The notes: generated by a model from the sequence alone, not told the origin. A stretch of DNA of 64,000 nt from Spirochaetia bacterium (GCA_965263295.1 OZ253665.1:352001-416000), one strand, 5' to 3'. Shown: positions 41,934 to 50,533, counted from the stretch's first letter. Program-made: numbers and translations.

Positions 41934-42128
41934 TTCAGACCTGGAATTGCCGCTCATCATTTTGTCAGACGGCCAGGCTACGAGAAGCCGTCTTTGCCCC
42001 TCCCGTTTTAGCTGATTTTGGCACTGCGATAGCCTTTTTCGCCGCAGCTTTTTGTATGCCCTGGTCCCCAGATAAAATGCCGTCCGGACATTTATTTGTA
42101 AGATTTTCTACGGTTCCTGAAAAATATG

Positions 42129-42157
42129 TTGACCGAACGGTAAATTTTTATTATTTT
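42129..42157 (+). promoter_or_regulatory. Putative promoter overlapped by a NemR-like operator
   Basis: TTGACC (42129), 17-nt spacer, TATTTT (42152). TTGACC-GAAC-GGTAAA is an imperfect palindrome resembling the NemR box TAGACCnnnnGGTCTA. Confidence 0.5.
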
Positions 42158-42176
42158 GGCAGTCAAAGAGGGTCAC

Positions 42177-42818
42177 ATGGCAATGAAGAAGAAAGGGCAG
42201 ATCACCCGAGAGCGTTTGATTGAGATTGGGCAGAAGCAGATGTTGGAAGCTTCCTATGACAGTGTGGGTATTCGCAGTATTACGCAGGAAGCTAAACTGC
42301 CCAAGGCCAGCTTTTATTATTATTTTAAATCGAAGGAAGATTTTGGTAAGGAACTATTCTGCGACTATATGAAAAATTATTACCTTATTCATGAGAATTA
42401 CCTAGACAAATTTATCAACCCAGGCACTTCCGCCATGGATCGCTTGAATAATTTATACCAAAATTTTTATCAGAGACACCGCAAGAATCAATGGCGAGTC
42501 CCTTGCCTGTTGGTAAAAATTGCCACCGAAGTTAATGCGAAAAGCGAGCCGATACGCCAGGTCATTCAGGCGGGCACGGAACGCATCATTGCTTTGCACG
42601 AACAAGTTATCCGTGAAGGCCAGGAAGATTCTTCTGTGCTGGTCCCCGAAGCGTTTGATTCGCACACCTGTGCCGAATTGATTTTCAACCAGTGGAAAGG
42701 TGCTGTGTTGCTCTCGGATATACAGCGCAATAGTCAAGCCCTGGATGCGTTTTTTGTGTTTTTGCGCACTCTGCTCCAGGGATACTGTTCCAAGTGTGAT
42801 CCCGATACGGCTGTATGA
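42177..42818 (+). CDS. TetR family regulator, NemR-like
   Basis: HTH with LPKASFYYYFKSKEDFG, then CLLVKIATE and WKGAVL, as in NemR-like proteins. Directly upstream of a nitroreductase. Confidence 0.85.
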   Translation: MAMKKKGQITRERLIEIGQKQMLEASYDSVGIRSITQEAKLPKASFYYYFKSKEDFGKELFCDYMKNYYLIHENYLDKFINPGTSAMDRLNNLYQNFYQRHRKNQWRVPCLLVKIATEVNAKSEPIRQVIQAGTERIIALHEQVIREGQEDSSVLVPEAFDSHTCAELIFNQWKGAVLLSDIQRNSQALDAFFVFLRTLLQGYCSKCDPDTAV

Positions 42819-42882
42819 GTCACCTTGCCCCAAGTTGCTGTTTTTGAATCAGAAAAAATTAACCATTAAAGGAGATGAGAAG

Positions 42883-43536
42883 ATGAAAGAACAATTTTTG
42901 CAGGCCATGAAATTTCGTCATGCTTGCAAACTGTTTGATGCACAGAAAACGATTAGTGAGGAAGACTTTGAATACATTTTGGAGGTGGGGCGCCTGTCTC
43001 CCAGCTCTTTTGGCTTTGAGCCATGGCATTTTGTGGTTGTGCAGAGCCGGGAACTGCGTGAAAAGCTTAAGCAAGACGCCTGGGGGGCGACGGACAAACT
43101 GACCACGGCCAGTCATTTTGTGGTCATTCTCAGCCGCCGAAAGACCGAGACCGAAGCCAATTCTGATTATATTCAGTATATGATGAAGGATGTGCAAAAG
43201 CTGCCCGAAAATGTGCGGGAAATGAAGGAGGGAGCCTATGCGAAATTTCGCTGCCAGGATTTTGAGCTGACGACAGAACGCGCCGCTTTCGATTGGGGCA
43301 CTCGTCAGGCTTATATCGCTTTGGGCAACATGATGACTGCGGCGGCCTACATTGGCATCGACAGCTGCCCGATAGAGGGTTTTGACCAGAAAACCAGTGA
43401 GCGGATTCTAGCGCGAGATTTGGATGTAGATATGGACAAGTATGGTATTGCATGTATGGTGGCCTTTGGCTGCCGAGTCAAAGATCAACCCCCAAAGACC
43501 CGTCGCCAACTCGCTGAAGTCGTTAGCTGGAAATAA
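42883..43536 (+). CDS. NAD(P)H-dependent nitroreductase (NfsB/YfkO-like)
   Basis: FRHACKLFD, RLSPSSFGFEPWHF, QAYIALGNMMTAAA, IDSCPIEGF. ATG 42883 follows AAAGGAGA. Confidence 0.93.
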   Translation: MKEQFLQAMKFRHACKLFDAQKTISEEDFEYILEVGRLSPSSFGFEPWHFVVVQSRELREKLKQDAWGATDKLTTASHFVVILSRRKTETEANSDYIQYMMKDVQKLPENVREMKEGAYAKFRCQDFELTTERAAFDWGTRQAYIALGNMMTAAAYIGIDSCPIEGFDQKTSERILARDLDVDMDKYGIACMVAFGCRVKDQPPKTRRQLAEVVSWK

Positions 43537-43776
43537 GTGTTCATTTGTCAGAGATCGCTTGCCCGCTGCTGGCGTCATACATTGATATTCGCTGATATTC
43601 GCTCTTTGGGCTGCGGACGAGTCCACTTGAAATTTTTGGCGACAATGGATATCAATCTTTTGCGAGAGAAAATGATTGGCAATCAAATAAGTCAGGTGGC
43701 CCGGTCGCACATTGAATTTCTATCTTTTTACGGCCATTATTGGGGCGAGCGGTTTGCTGGCGGTATTTAGGATAAA

Positions 43777-44516
43777 GTGGAGGAAAATATGCTCAGTCAT
43801 CGGGATTTTTTAAACAAATACGAATTGTTAGAGGACGAAGAACACATCCTGGTCAGTAAGACGGCGAATGAAATCTTGTGCGCGGCTGCGGATGGCGAAA
43901 GTTTTGTGCTCTACCTGGGTTTTGATTCTTGCCCTTGGTGCCAGACTTTCACTCCCTTGTTGAACGCTCAGGCTAAGGAGCAGCACATTCGGGAAATTTG
44001 GTATTGGGACATTAAGTCGTTCCGCGGCAATGGGGCCGAACTGAGGCATGCAAAGGAGTACTTGCAGATTCTCGACTTAGTGGGTTTGGAGCCGCCAAAG
44101 CCGGCGCTAAGGGAGTCACCGGTAGCTCGCGAATCTCTGTACCTTTTGTCGCGGTTATAAATGAAGGCAGCATTGAGCTTTTTGCCGAGCCTCCTATAGA
44201 AGTTGGGCGGGGAAAGTTGATGCGCGATTTCCAGGGTCGCGAATTAGGTCTGCCGCTTGGTGACCCGCTTGGTGACCCGATTGGTGACCCGATTGGTGAC
44301 ATTGGGGCCATCCGTTATCAGGATGGTTTTATGCTAAAATCTGGCGATCAGGTACTAGGCGCATATATGTGGGATGATCTGCTGACCGGCCACCAGGTTC
44401 CCGCGGATTTTGAAAACCGAACTGAATGGTTGAATCAGCCTGTGTTCAAGGATTTAATCAGGAAAAATCTGCGCATATTATTAAATATTTCGTTTTGCGG
44501 CCTTTGTTCGCAATAA
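43777..44516 (+). pseudogene. Thioredoxin-fold protein (CPWC) split by a -1 frameshift near 44097-44100
   Basis: ORF 43777-44160 carries YLGFDSCPWCQ. The -1 frame is open from 44016 to 44516 and supplies the expected cis-Pro strand RISVPFVAVINEG. Confidence 0.7.
44253..44300 (+). repeat. 12-bp tandem repeat x4 (PLGD-PLGD-PIGD-PIGD)
   Basis: ccgcttggtgac x2, then ccgattggtgac x2. Confidence 0.9.
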
Positions 44517-44691
44517 GTGGTGATCCCAACTCCAAAAATTTTTATATCAGGGCTTGAAATTTTTGATACCAAAGCTCCGACAGATATAAATAAGCAATAT
44601 ACTCAGCTCAATCTTTATGCTTGACAAGGGCTGTGTAGCCAATTATAAATATTATTTTTTACTGCCCAGTCAAGAGGAGAGCTTATAAGGG

Positions 44692-45099
44692 ATGACGACA
44701 AATACCAATTTGGGGCACCATGTTTTGGTCGAAATGTATCGTTGTGATGAAAAAACGCTCAATGATCCTAAATATCTGCAAGAGGTCTTGTGCCAAGCCG
44801 CACGTCTTGCCGGCGCGACAATTGTCAGTCAGACCTTCCATCAGTTTAATCCGCATGGCGTATCCGGGGTTGTCATCATTTCAGAGTCGCACCTGACCAT
44901 TCACACTTGGCCAGAATATGGCTATGCCTCTTTGGATCTGTATACGTGTGGAAATAACACTGATTCCCGCAAGGCTTTTAACTATATTCGCAGTAAGATT
45001 GGCGCCCAGCATACGTCGACGGTAGAATTGCGCCGCGGCGACTTGGAAGAGATTGAAAATTGGCGGAAACCTGAGACTTCGGGTTGTCGTCACTTATGA
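44692..45099 (+). CDS. speD: S-adenosylmethionine decarboxylase proenzyme (short SpeH/SpeD class)
   Basis: LGHHVLVEMY, FHQFNPHGVSGVVIISESHLTIHTWPE (E/SH self-cleavage site), DLYTCG. Confidence 0.95.
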   Translation: MTTNTNLGHHVLVEMYRCDEKTLNDPKYLQEVLCQAARLAGATIVSQTFHQFNPHGVSGVVIISESHLTIHTWPEYGYASLDLYTCGNNTDSRKAFNYIRSKIGAQHTSTVELRRGDLEEIENWRKPETSGCRHL

Positions 45100-45247
45100 T
45101 TCCTCGTTGCGATTGGCCGGCAACTTGGGGATTTGTCGCTTTGCACTAGCATTAGCCCGCTATTATTTTTTCCTCGGAAAGATTTTTGATAAACTTTTCG
45201 GGCAAAGAAAGTGTATCTCGCGCGCGCAGGAAAGGGGAAAAAGAGCC

Positions 45248-46120
45248 GTGAAGCGAAGTATTCGCGAAAAAACGCCCCACAATTTAATTTTGGAATATCC
45301 AGATTTAGAGCTTGTCTGTGAGGTGCGGAGTGACTTTCAGCATATCGCTATATATCGTCATTCAGAACTGGGCAAGATCCTGGTTCACGACGATGTGGTA
45401 ATGTTGGTTGAGGCTTACGAGGCCGCTTACCATGAGATGCTTGCCCATGTTCCATTATTGCATTATTCTAATCCTGAGCGCGTTTTGGTCATTGGCGGCG
45501 GCGATGGGGGAACCAGCCGCGAGGTGCTTCGTCATCCTGAGGTAAAAGAATTGGTACAGGTGGAGATTGATGGCGAGGTGGTCCGCCTGGCCAAACAGTA
45601 TTTTCCTGACTTGGCCTGTGCGTATGACGATGTGCGCATGGAGCTGCGTATCGACGACGGTATTCAATATATGGCCGATTGTGCACGGGGAAAATACGTG
45701 CCTTTTGATATAATTCTTGTGGATTCGACCGACCCCCAGGGACCTGCCACGGGGCTTTTTACGGAAGATTTTTATCAAAATTGCCGCAATTCTATGAAAG
45801 ACGGGGGCATACTCGTGCTGCAAGGTGAAACTTTTTACGGTATGGCTCATGTTCAACGAAAGATACTGCAAATTCTGCAGAAGAAGTTTCGGGGATGTGG
45901 CATCTATACGAGCGCCATACCGTTTTACCCTTTAGGTACCTGGAGCCTAATTTATGCTTCTGAACTCTTGCGTTCACAATGGCAATTGCGCGAAGATGCT
46001 TTGCAAAATCTTGCCCGTTCCCCTCAGGGATTAAACTATCTCAACCGTGAGATCCTTAACGCCTGTTTTGCTTTGCCCAACTACGCCCTGCGTTTAACGG
46101 GCTTGCAAGCCCAGACCTGA
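45248..46120 (+). CDS. speE: Spermidine synthase (polyamine aminopropyltransferase)
   Basis: SDFQHI, YHEMLAHVP, VLVIGGGDGG, VEIDGEV, DIILVDSTDP. GTG start at 45248 is uncertain. Confidence 0.9.
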   Translation: MKRSIREKTPHNLILEYPDLELVCEVRSDFQHIAIYRHSELGKILVHDDVVMLVEAYEAAYHEMLAHVPLLHYSNPERVLVIGGGDGGTSREVLRHPEVKELVQVEIDGEVVRLAKQYFPDLACAYDDVRMELRIDDGIQYMADCARGKYVPFDIILVDSTDPQGPATGLFTEDFYQNCRNSMKDGGILVLQGETFYGMAHVQRKILQILQKKFRGCGIYTSAIPFYPLGTWSLIYASELLRSQWQLREDALQNLARSPQGLNYLNREILNACFALPNYALRLTGLQAQT

Positions 46121-46179
46121 GAGCGAGGCTCTTGCGTGGCATAAGTGCCGGCCAATGCCGGCTAAGTAAGGAGTATAAA

Positions 46180-47751
46180 ATGAATCGAGTTCTGCTGATG
46201 GTGTTTGCCCTATGTTCATTCTTAGGGCTGTTCGGCATTCTGCAGCTAAACTGGCTGGGGCCGCGTTTGCATGCCCAAGAAGAAATTGAAGAAGAAGCCC
46301 AAGCAGAAGTCGCCAAAGAATTCGCAGAATTAGAAACTTTTAACGAAGATTTTGACCGTATACAAAGCGTATTGCGCTCTATCCCTAAGCGTATTTTGCC
46401 ATCTGTAGTACAGCTTAATATTTTTGCACTCAAAGATGACCCTGTCAGCCCGAATTTCTTATTTGATTTTTTTGATGATAAAGACAAACAAAAGGCACCG
46501 GAGAAAATTAATCCACATAAATACCGCTCCTCTGTAATGGGATCGGGTGTGATTTTTCGTCAGGAGGGGCAAACATTTTTTCTGGTGACCAACAACCATG
46601 TGATTCAAGATGCACGTGATATTGAGATAATCAGTTACCGCAAACACAAGTTTGCAGGAAAAGTTGTCGGCCACGATGATCGCGTCGATTTGGCGGTACT
46701 TAGTTTTGAAGCCGATAAAACACAGGCTGAGGATCTGAAAGTTGCCCGTCTTGGCGACTCCCAGAACCTGGAGATTGGCGATTGGGTTATGGCTGTCGGT
46801 AGTCCGAATGGCTTTCAGTCCTCAGTCACTATGGGTATTGTCAGTTACATCGGGCGTCACGGTGGACCGGTAGAAAATATTAACGACTTTATTCAGACCG
46901 ATGCGGCGATCAACCACGGTAATTCTGGCGGTCCTCTGGTCAACATGTATGGAGAAGTGATCGGTATCAATACTTGGCTCGCTTCTGAGAGTGGTTCAAG
47001 TGCCGGTCTGGGCTTTGCCATTCCGATTAACAATACCAAATATATTATTGAATCCTTTCTTAAGGAAGGTAAGGTTAGGTATGGCTGGCTGGGTATCGTG
47101 ATGCAGGAATATGGCCGTATCCTGAATCGCATTGGGCCTCATATTGAGCGTTTCGTCTTGGGAGATTACGGGGTTTATGATAAGAAGGGCGCATTTATAA
47201 CGAGTGTTTTTGAGGGATCTCCCGCAGATAAAGCCGGAATAAAGCCCGGTGACTTTGTCACGGCTGTAAACGGCAAGAATATCGAAAATACCGAGGAGCT
47301 GACCTTTGCCATAGGTCTGATTTTGCCCGGACAGCAGGCTCAATTGCGCATCTTTCGCGATGGTGAGAGTTCTGAGTATCTGGTTACACTGGGTGAGCGT
47401 AAAGATGGAGAATTGCTGGATTCTGAGTCTCATCGTACTTGGCCCGGCATTGATGTTATACCATTGGATGATAGGGTGGTTAAGGCCCTGAAAGAGTTGA
47501 GTCCTGGCTTAAAGGTCGGCGATGCCGATGATGAGATTGCCGGACTGTGGGTATTTCGTATTATTCCGCAGTCCACCAGTGATATCATGGGTTTGCAGCA
47601 AAACGATATTATTACAGCAATAAATGGTGAGGAAGTTTTCAATTTAAGGGATTTTTATCGTATTCTAAATGAGATTGGGCGGGATGGTGAGATTGTCTAC
47701 AGTTACGAGCGTCAGGGTGAAAAAGGCCAGACAGCGAAGATTGAAAGTTAG
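46180..47751 (+). CDS. htrA: HtrA/DegP (Do) serine endoprotease, copy 1
   Basis: GSGVI, TNNHVI, DLAVL, IQTDAAINHGNSGGPL, two PDZ domains. ATG 46180 follows AAGGAG. Confidence 0.93.
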   Translation: MNRVLLMVFALCSFLGLFGILQLNWLGPRLHAQEEIEEEAQAEVAKEFAELETFNEDFDRIQSVLRSIPKRILPSVVQLNIFALKDDPVSPNFLFDFFDDKDKQKAPEKINPHKYRSSVMGSGVIFRQEGQTFFLVTNNHVIQDARDIEIISYRKHKFAGKVVGHDDRVDLAVLSFEADKTQAEDLKVARLGDSQNLEIGDWVMAVGSPNGFQSSVTMGIVSYIGRHGGPVENINDFIQTDAAINHGNSGGPLVNMYGEVIGINTWLASESGSSAGLGFAIPINNTKYIIESFLKEGKVRYGWLGIVMQEYGRILNRIGPHIERFVLGDYGVYDKKGAFITSVFEGSPADKAGIKPGDFVTAVNGKNIENTEELTFAIGLILPGQQAQLRIFRDGESSEYLVTLGERKDGELLDSESHRTWPGIDVIPLDDRVVKALKELSPGLKVGDADDEIAGLWVFRIIPQSTSDIMGLQQNDIITAINGEEVFNLRDFYRILNEIGRDGEIVYSYERQGEKGQTAKIES

Positions 47752-48213
47752 TTTGGCTGAGTATCCGCAGTTAAATCTGAGCTAGAGTATTTTAGGGGGA
47801 CGAAATGTATATCCTAGTCGCGGCCCACAGTCTACTGTTGTCGAAACCAAGGCGACGAAGGCTGGCGCACTTACGGCCCGCGACACGGGCCAGGCCTGTA
47901 AAATAAGTTGAAATGAGGGCGGCCGGCACAATATCGCTCCCAGTTTAATCTGGATCGCTCGTCTCGGTAGAATTGGCTGAGATTTTACAAAGAGCTAAGC
48001 AGGCAGGTGATAAAATGGATACCCGATACGGAGTGCGAGAAGTCCACAGAAGAATCGAAATTTTTCAGGTGAAGTCCGCTGAACAGCTGCTTTCGTTGTC
48101 TGGGCAAATGGCCTGCAGCAGGCACACCTTCCTCGCTTTGTCGTTTTCCCCTGATATCCCATTCCCCCAGATTGGGAGACGACATGAATATTGTCAGTAG
48201 AATGTCAACGCTA

Positions 48214-48242
48214 TTGCAAATGAAAATAGTTATGATTATAAT
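48214..48242 (+). promoter_or_regulatory. fes promoter with overlapping Fur boxes
   Basis: TTGCAA (48214), 17-nt spacer, TATAAT (48237). The 19-mers at 48216 and 48222 each match 13/19 of GATAATGATAATCATTATC. cgctattgcaaatg.aaatagttat closely resembles the enteric fepA-fes control region as I recall it. Confidence 0.8.
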
Positions 48243-48298
48243 ATCAACAAAATTATTTTTCCCGATGGCAATCATAGTAATATAGGGTCAATGGCGGA

Positions 48299-49489
48299 AT
48301 GCGCATAACCGGAAGTGAAGAGTGGTGGCAGGGCATCACCGGACCGCAATCCGAGGCCGTTGATGGCCGATGCCGGATCACTTTCCGGTGGCGAGATCCG
48401 GCAGGCGGCGAAACCTCATCAATGACTCAGCGAGTGTGGATTTACATCACCGGCGTTACCGACCACCATCAAAATGCCGTGCCTCAAACCATGCAGCGCG
48501 TAACGGGTACCGATGCCTGGTACTGGCAAACCACGTTATCCTCCAACTGGCGCGGTAGTTACTGCTTTATTCCCTCCGAACGCGATGACGATTTTTCTCC
48601 CGATCTATTTGCAGGCGATGTCCCGGATCGTACGTTGCTCCGTGAAGGCTGGCGCAAGTTGCTGCCGCGGGCGATTGCCGATCCACTGAATCCGCAAAGC
48701 TGGCAAGGGGCGCGCGGCCATGCGGTCTCTGCGCTGGAGTTGCCGCATGCACCGGAGCAACCCGGTTGGCAGTTTAACGACGAGCCCCGGCCGGCGCCAA
48801 TCTGCCTTGAGTGGCAGAGCCAACGTCTTGGCAATATACGCAGGATCTGGATTTATGTGACCGGCGAAACCGCACCCGCCGCCCGCCGGTTGGCGGCGCT
48901 GCTCGACGGCCAGTTCTGGGTCGAAATTATGCCGGTCTGGCCGGCGCTGGCCGGGCTAACCCGCGAAGAAAAACTTCCTCCGGCGGTTTACCTGCTGATC
49001 GATGTCATCAATAAGCAACACCGTAGCGTTGAGTTGCCCTGCAATCGCGACTTCTGGCTGGCATTACAAGAGGAGTTGCTGCCGCAGGTCTACCGCATAG
49101 CGCCTTTCAGCGACCGTGCCGATCGTACCGTGGTAGCTGGACAGAGCTTTGGCGGCCTGGCAGCGATGTTTGCTGCACTTTACTGGCCGGAGCGCTTTGG
49201 TTGCGTGCTGAGCCAATCCGGTTCCTATTGGTGGCCCCATCGCGGCGGCGCGCAAGATGGAATGTTGATTGAGCGACTCAACAGCGGCGAACTGCATTCC
49301 CGTGGCTTGCGAATCTGGCTGGAAGCCGGTGAGCGTGAACCGATTATTTTTCGCGCCAATCAGGTGCTTTTAGTCCAGCTACAGCAAATGCAGCATACGG
49401 TCTTCTGGCATCCGGTTGACGGCGGTCATGATGCGCTTTGCTGGCGCGGTGGACTGACGGCCGGACTTATTCAGCTATGGCAGTCTTAA
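48299..49489 (+). CDS. fes: Enterochelin (ferric enterobactin) esterase
   Basis: GSEEWW, TFRWRDP, VWIYITGVTDHH, WRGSYCFIP, IADPLNP, LLDGQFW, RSVELPCN, nucleophile elbow GQSFGG, SQSGSYWWP, DGGHDALCWRGGL. Confidence 0.95.
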   Translation: MRITGSEEWWQGITGPQSEAVDGRCRITFRWRDPAGGETSSMTQRVWIYITGVTDHHQNAVPQTMQRVTGTDAWYWQTTLSSNWRGSYCFIPSERDDDFSPDLFAGDVPDRTLLREGWRKLLPRAIADPLNPQSWQGARGHAVSALELPHAPEQPGWQFNDEPRPAPICLEWQSQRLGNIRRIWIYVTGETAPAARRLAALLDGQFWVEIMPVWPALAGLTREEKLPPAVYLLIDVINKQHRSVELPCNRDFWLALQEELLPQVYRIAPFSDRADRTVVAGQSFGGLAAMFAALYWPERFGCVLSQSGSYWWPHRGGAQDGMLIERLNSGELHSRGLRIWLEAGEREPIIFRANQVLLVQLQQMQHTVFWHPVDGGHDALCWRGGLTAGLIQLWQS

Positions 49490-49644
49490 TTACTTATTCA
49501 GGCAATACGCCCTTTAGGTTCACAAACCATTCTGGAAGCATCAGGCAGCGGGGCACGAATTCCGTCAACTTGCTGAGCGGAAGAATGCACACCGCCACGA
49601 TACAGCCAACCTGAAGAATGACAAGTATTATACAGGAATTTACA

Positions 49645-49704
49645 ATGCAATTCAGTAACCCCTTTGACAATCCGCAAGGGGTGGGGGATGCCTGCTTTTA
49701 CTAA
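49645..49704 (+). pseudogene. ybdZ: 5' fragment of MbtH-like protein YbdZ, truncated at the block junction
   Basis: RBS ACAGGA, then MQFSNPFDNPQG (the YbdZ N-terminal SNPFD motif). It runs into unrelated VGDACFY-stop, and the conserved MbtH tryptophans are missing. Confidence 0.85.
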
Positions 49705-49891
49705 ATTGAGGCGTGGGCATTTGTGTAATTAATTCGCTTGTATAACTGATTATAATTTTGATTATAATGTTTTGTAATCTGGTATGGATTGTATGGTATT
49801 AATTCCGATAAAGATGTTGTAAAACGAATATAAACAAACGAACAAAATTGGGATATGGGCGTTGGTTCAGGTTGAAGGAGAATGAAAGATA

Positions 49892-50533
49892 ATGGAGGCA
49901 ACTCGCAAGATTTTTGTGGATCCCATCACTGTACGCAATAATGGGATCCGCATGGCTTATCAAATGTGGCAAGACGGGTTTATTCCCAGCATGATCTACG
50001 TGCCGCTGCGTGGCGGTGCGGGATTGGGTAATATTATCAGTGAGGTATTTAAGTTACTGCTGCCAGAGACTCCAGCTTTGTATTGCGCGGTGATTGCGCA
50101 CAGCTATCAGGGATATAATCTGGAGGCAGCGGTCAACGTTGACGGCTGGACTACGGAAGCCCAGAACATTCGGCCGGTAGATCGTGTCCTGTTGGTAGAT
50201 GACATTTACGACAGCGGTAAGAGTGCCAATTATTTGTGGCAACAAATCCTGAGTTTTAGCAAGCATCCGGAAAACTGCCGTTTGGCTGTACATGACTATA
50301 AAGAATTTGCTTACCGCGAAGCTTTACCTAAGGTTCCCGACTATTATGCGGTGCATCATAAAATTGCAAGTGAAGCCGATGATTTTTGGATACACTACAG
50401 CTCGCACGAGCTTTATGGCCTGACGTTTGCTGAACGAGAAAAGTACTACTATCAGCAGTATCCACAGTTGCGTGATTCACTGGAAGAAATTTTTAGTTAT
50501 GGCGAGAGGCATAGCAAGAATTTGACAAATTGA
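49892..50533 (+). CDS. Type I phosphoribosyltransferase family protein
   Basis: PLRGG and the PRPP-binding loop VLLVDDIYDSGKS. Confidence 0.85.
   Translation: MEATRKIFVDPITVRNNGIRMAYQMWQDGFIPSMIYVPLRGGAGLGNIISEVFKLLLPETPALYCAVIAHSYQGYNLEAAVNVDGWTTEAQNIRPVDRVLLVDDIYDSGKSANYLWQQILSFSKHPENCRLAVHDYKEFAYREALPKVPDYYAVHHKIASEADDFWIHYSSHELYGLTFAEREKYYYQQYPQLRDSLEEIFSYGERHSKNLTN

Larger units (their letters stand above)
47800..49680. other. Foreign ~1.9-kb block: unexplained non-coding DNA, Enterobacteriaceae-type fes promoter, fes, truncated ybdZ
   Basis: Enterobactin-locus gene order and regulatory sequence inside a spirochaete chromosome. Right junction is sharp, inside ybdZ codons 12-13. Left junction is uncertain (~47800-48070). 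No integrase or transposase. Confidence 0.8.

Noticed and set aside
43537..43770. 77-aa ORF between the nitroreductase and the thioredoxin-like gene
   Set aside because: No RBS or recognisable motif; cannot be supported as coding.
47870..47881. 12-mer cttacggcccgc shared with the hairpin after htrA2 (52333-52344)
   Set aside because: Many chance 12-mer matches are expected in 64 kb, and the surrounding sequences and hairpin pairings differ.
47973..48275. Short ORFs 47973-48200 (+) and 47985-48275 (-) as genes such as fepA
   Set aside because: No FepA or signal-peptide resemblance, weak starts, and the minus-strand ORF runs through the Fur-box promoter.
48060..49619. 11-bp imperfect inverted repeat (atttttcaggt / acctgaagaat) flanking fes as transposon ends
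   Set aside because: Short and mismatched, with no target duplication or transposase, and the foreign ybdZ sequence continues outside it.
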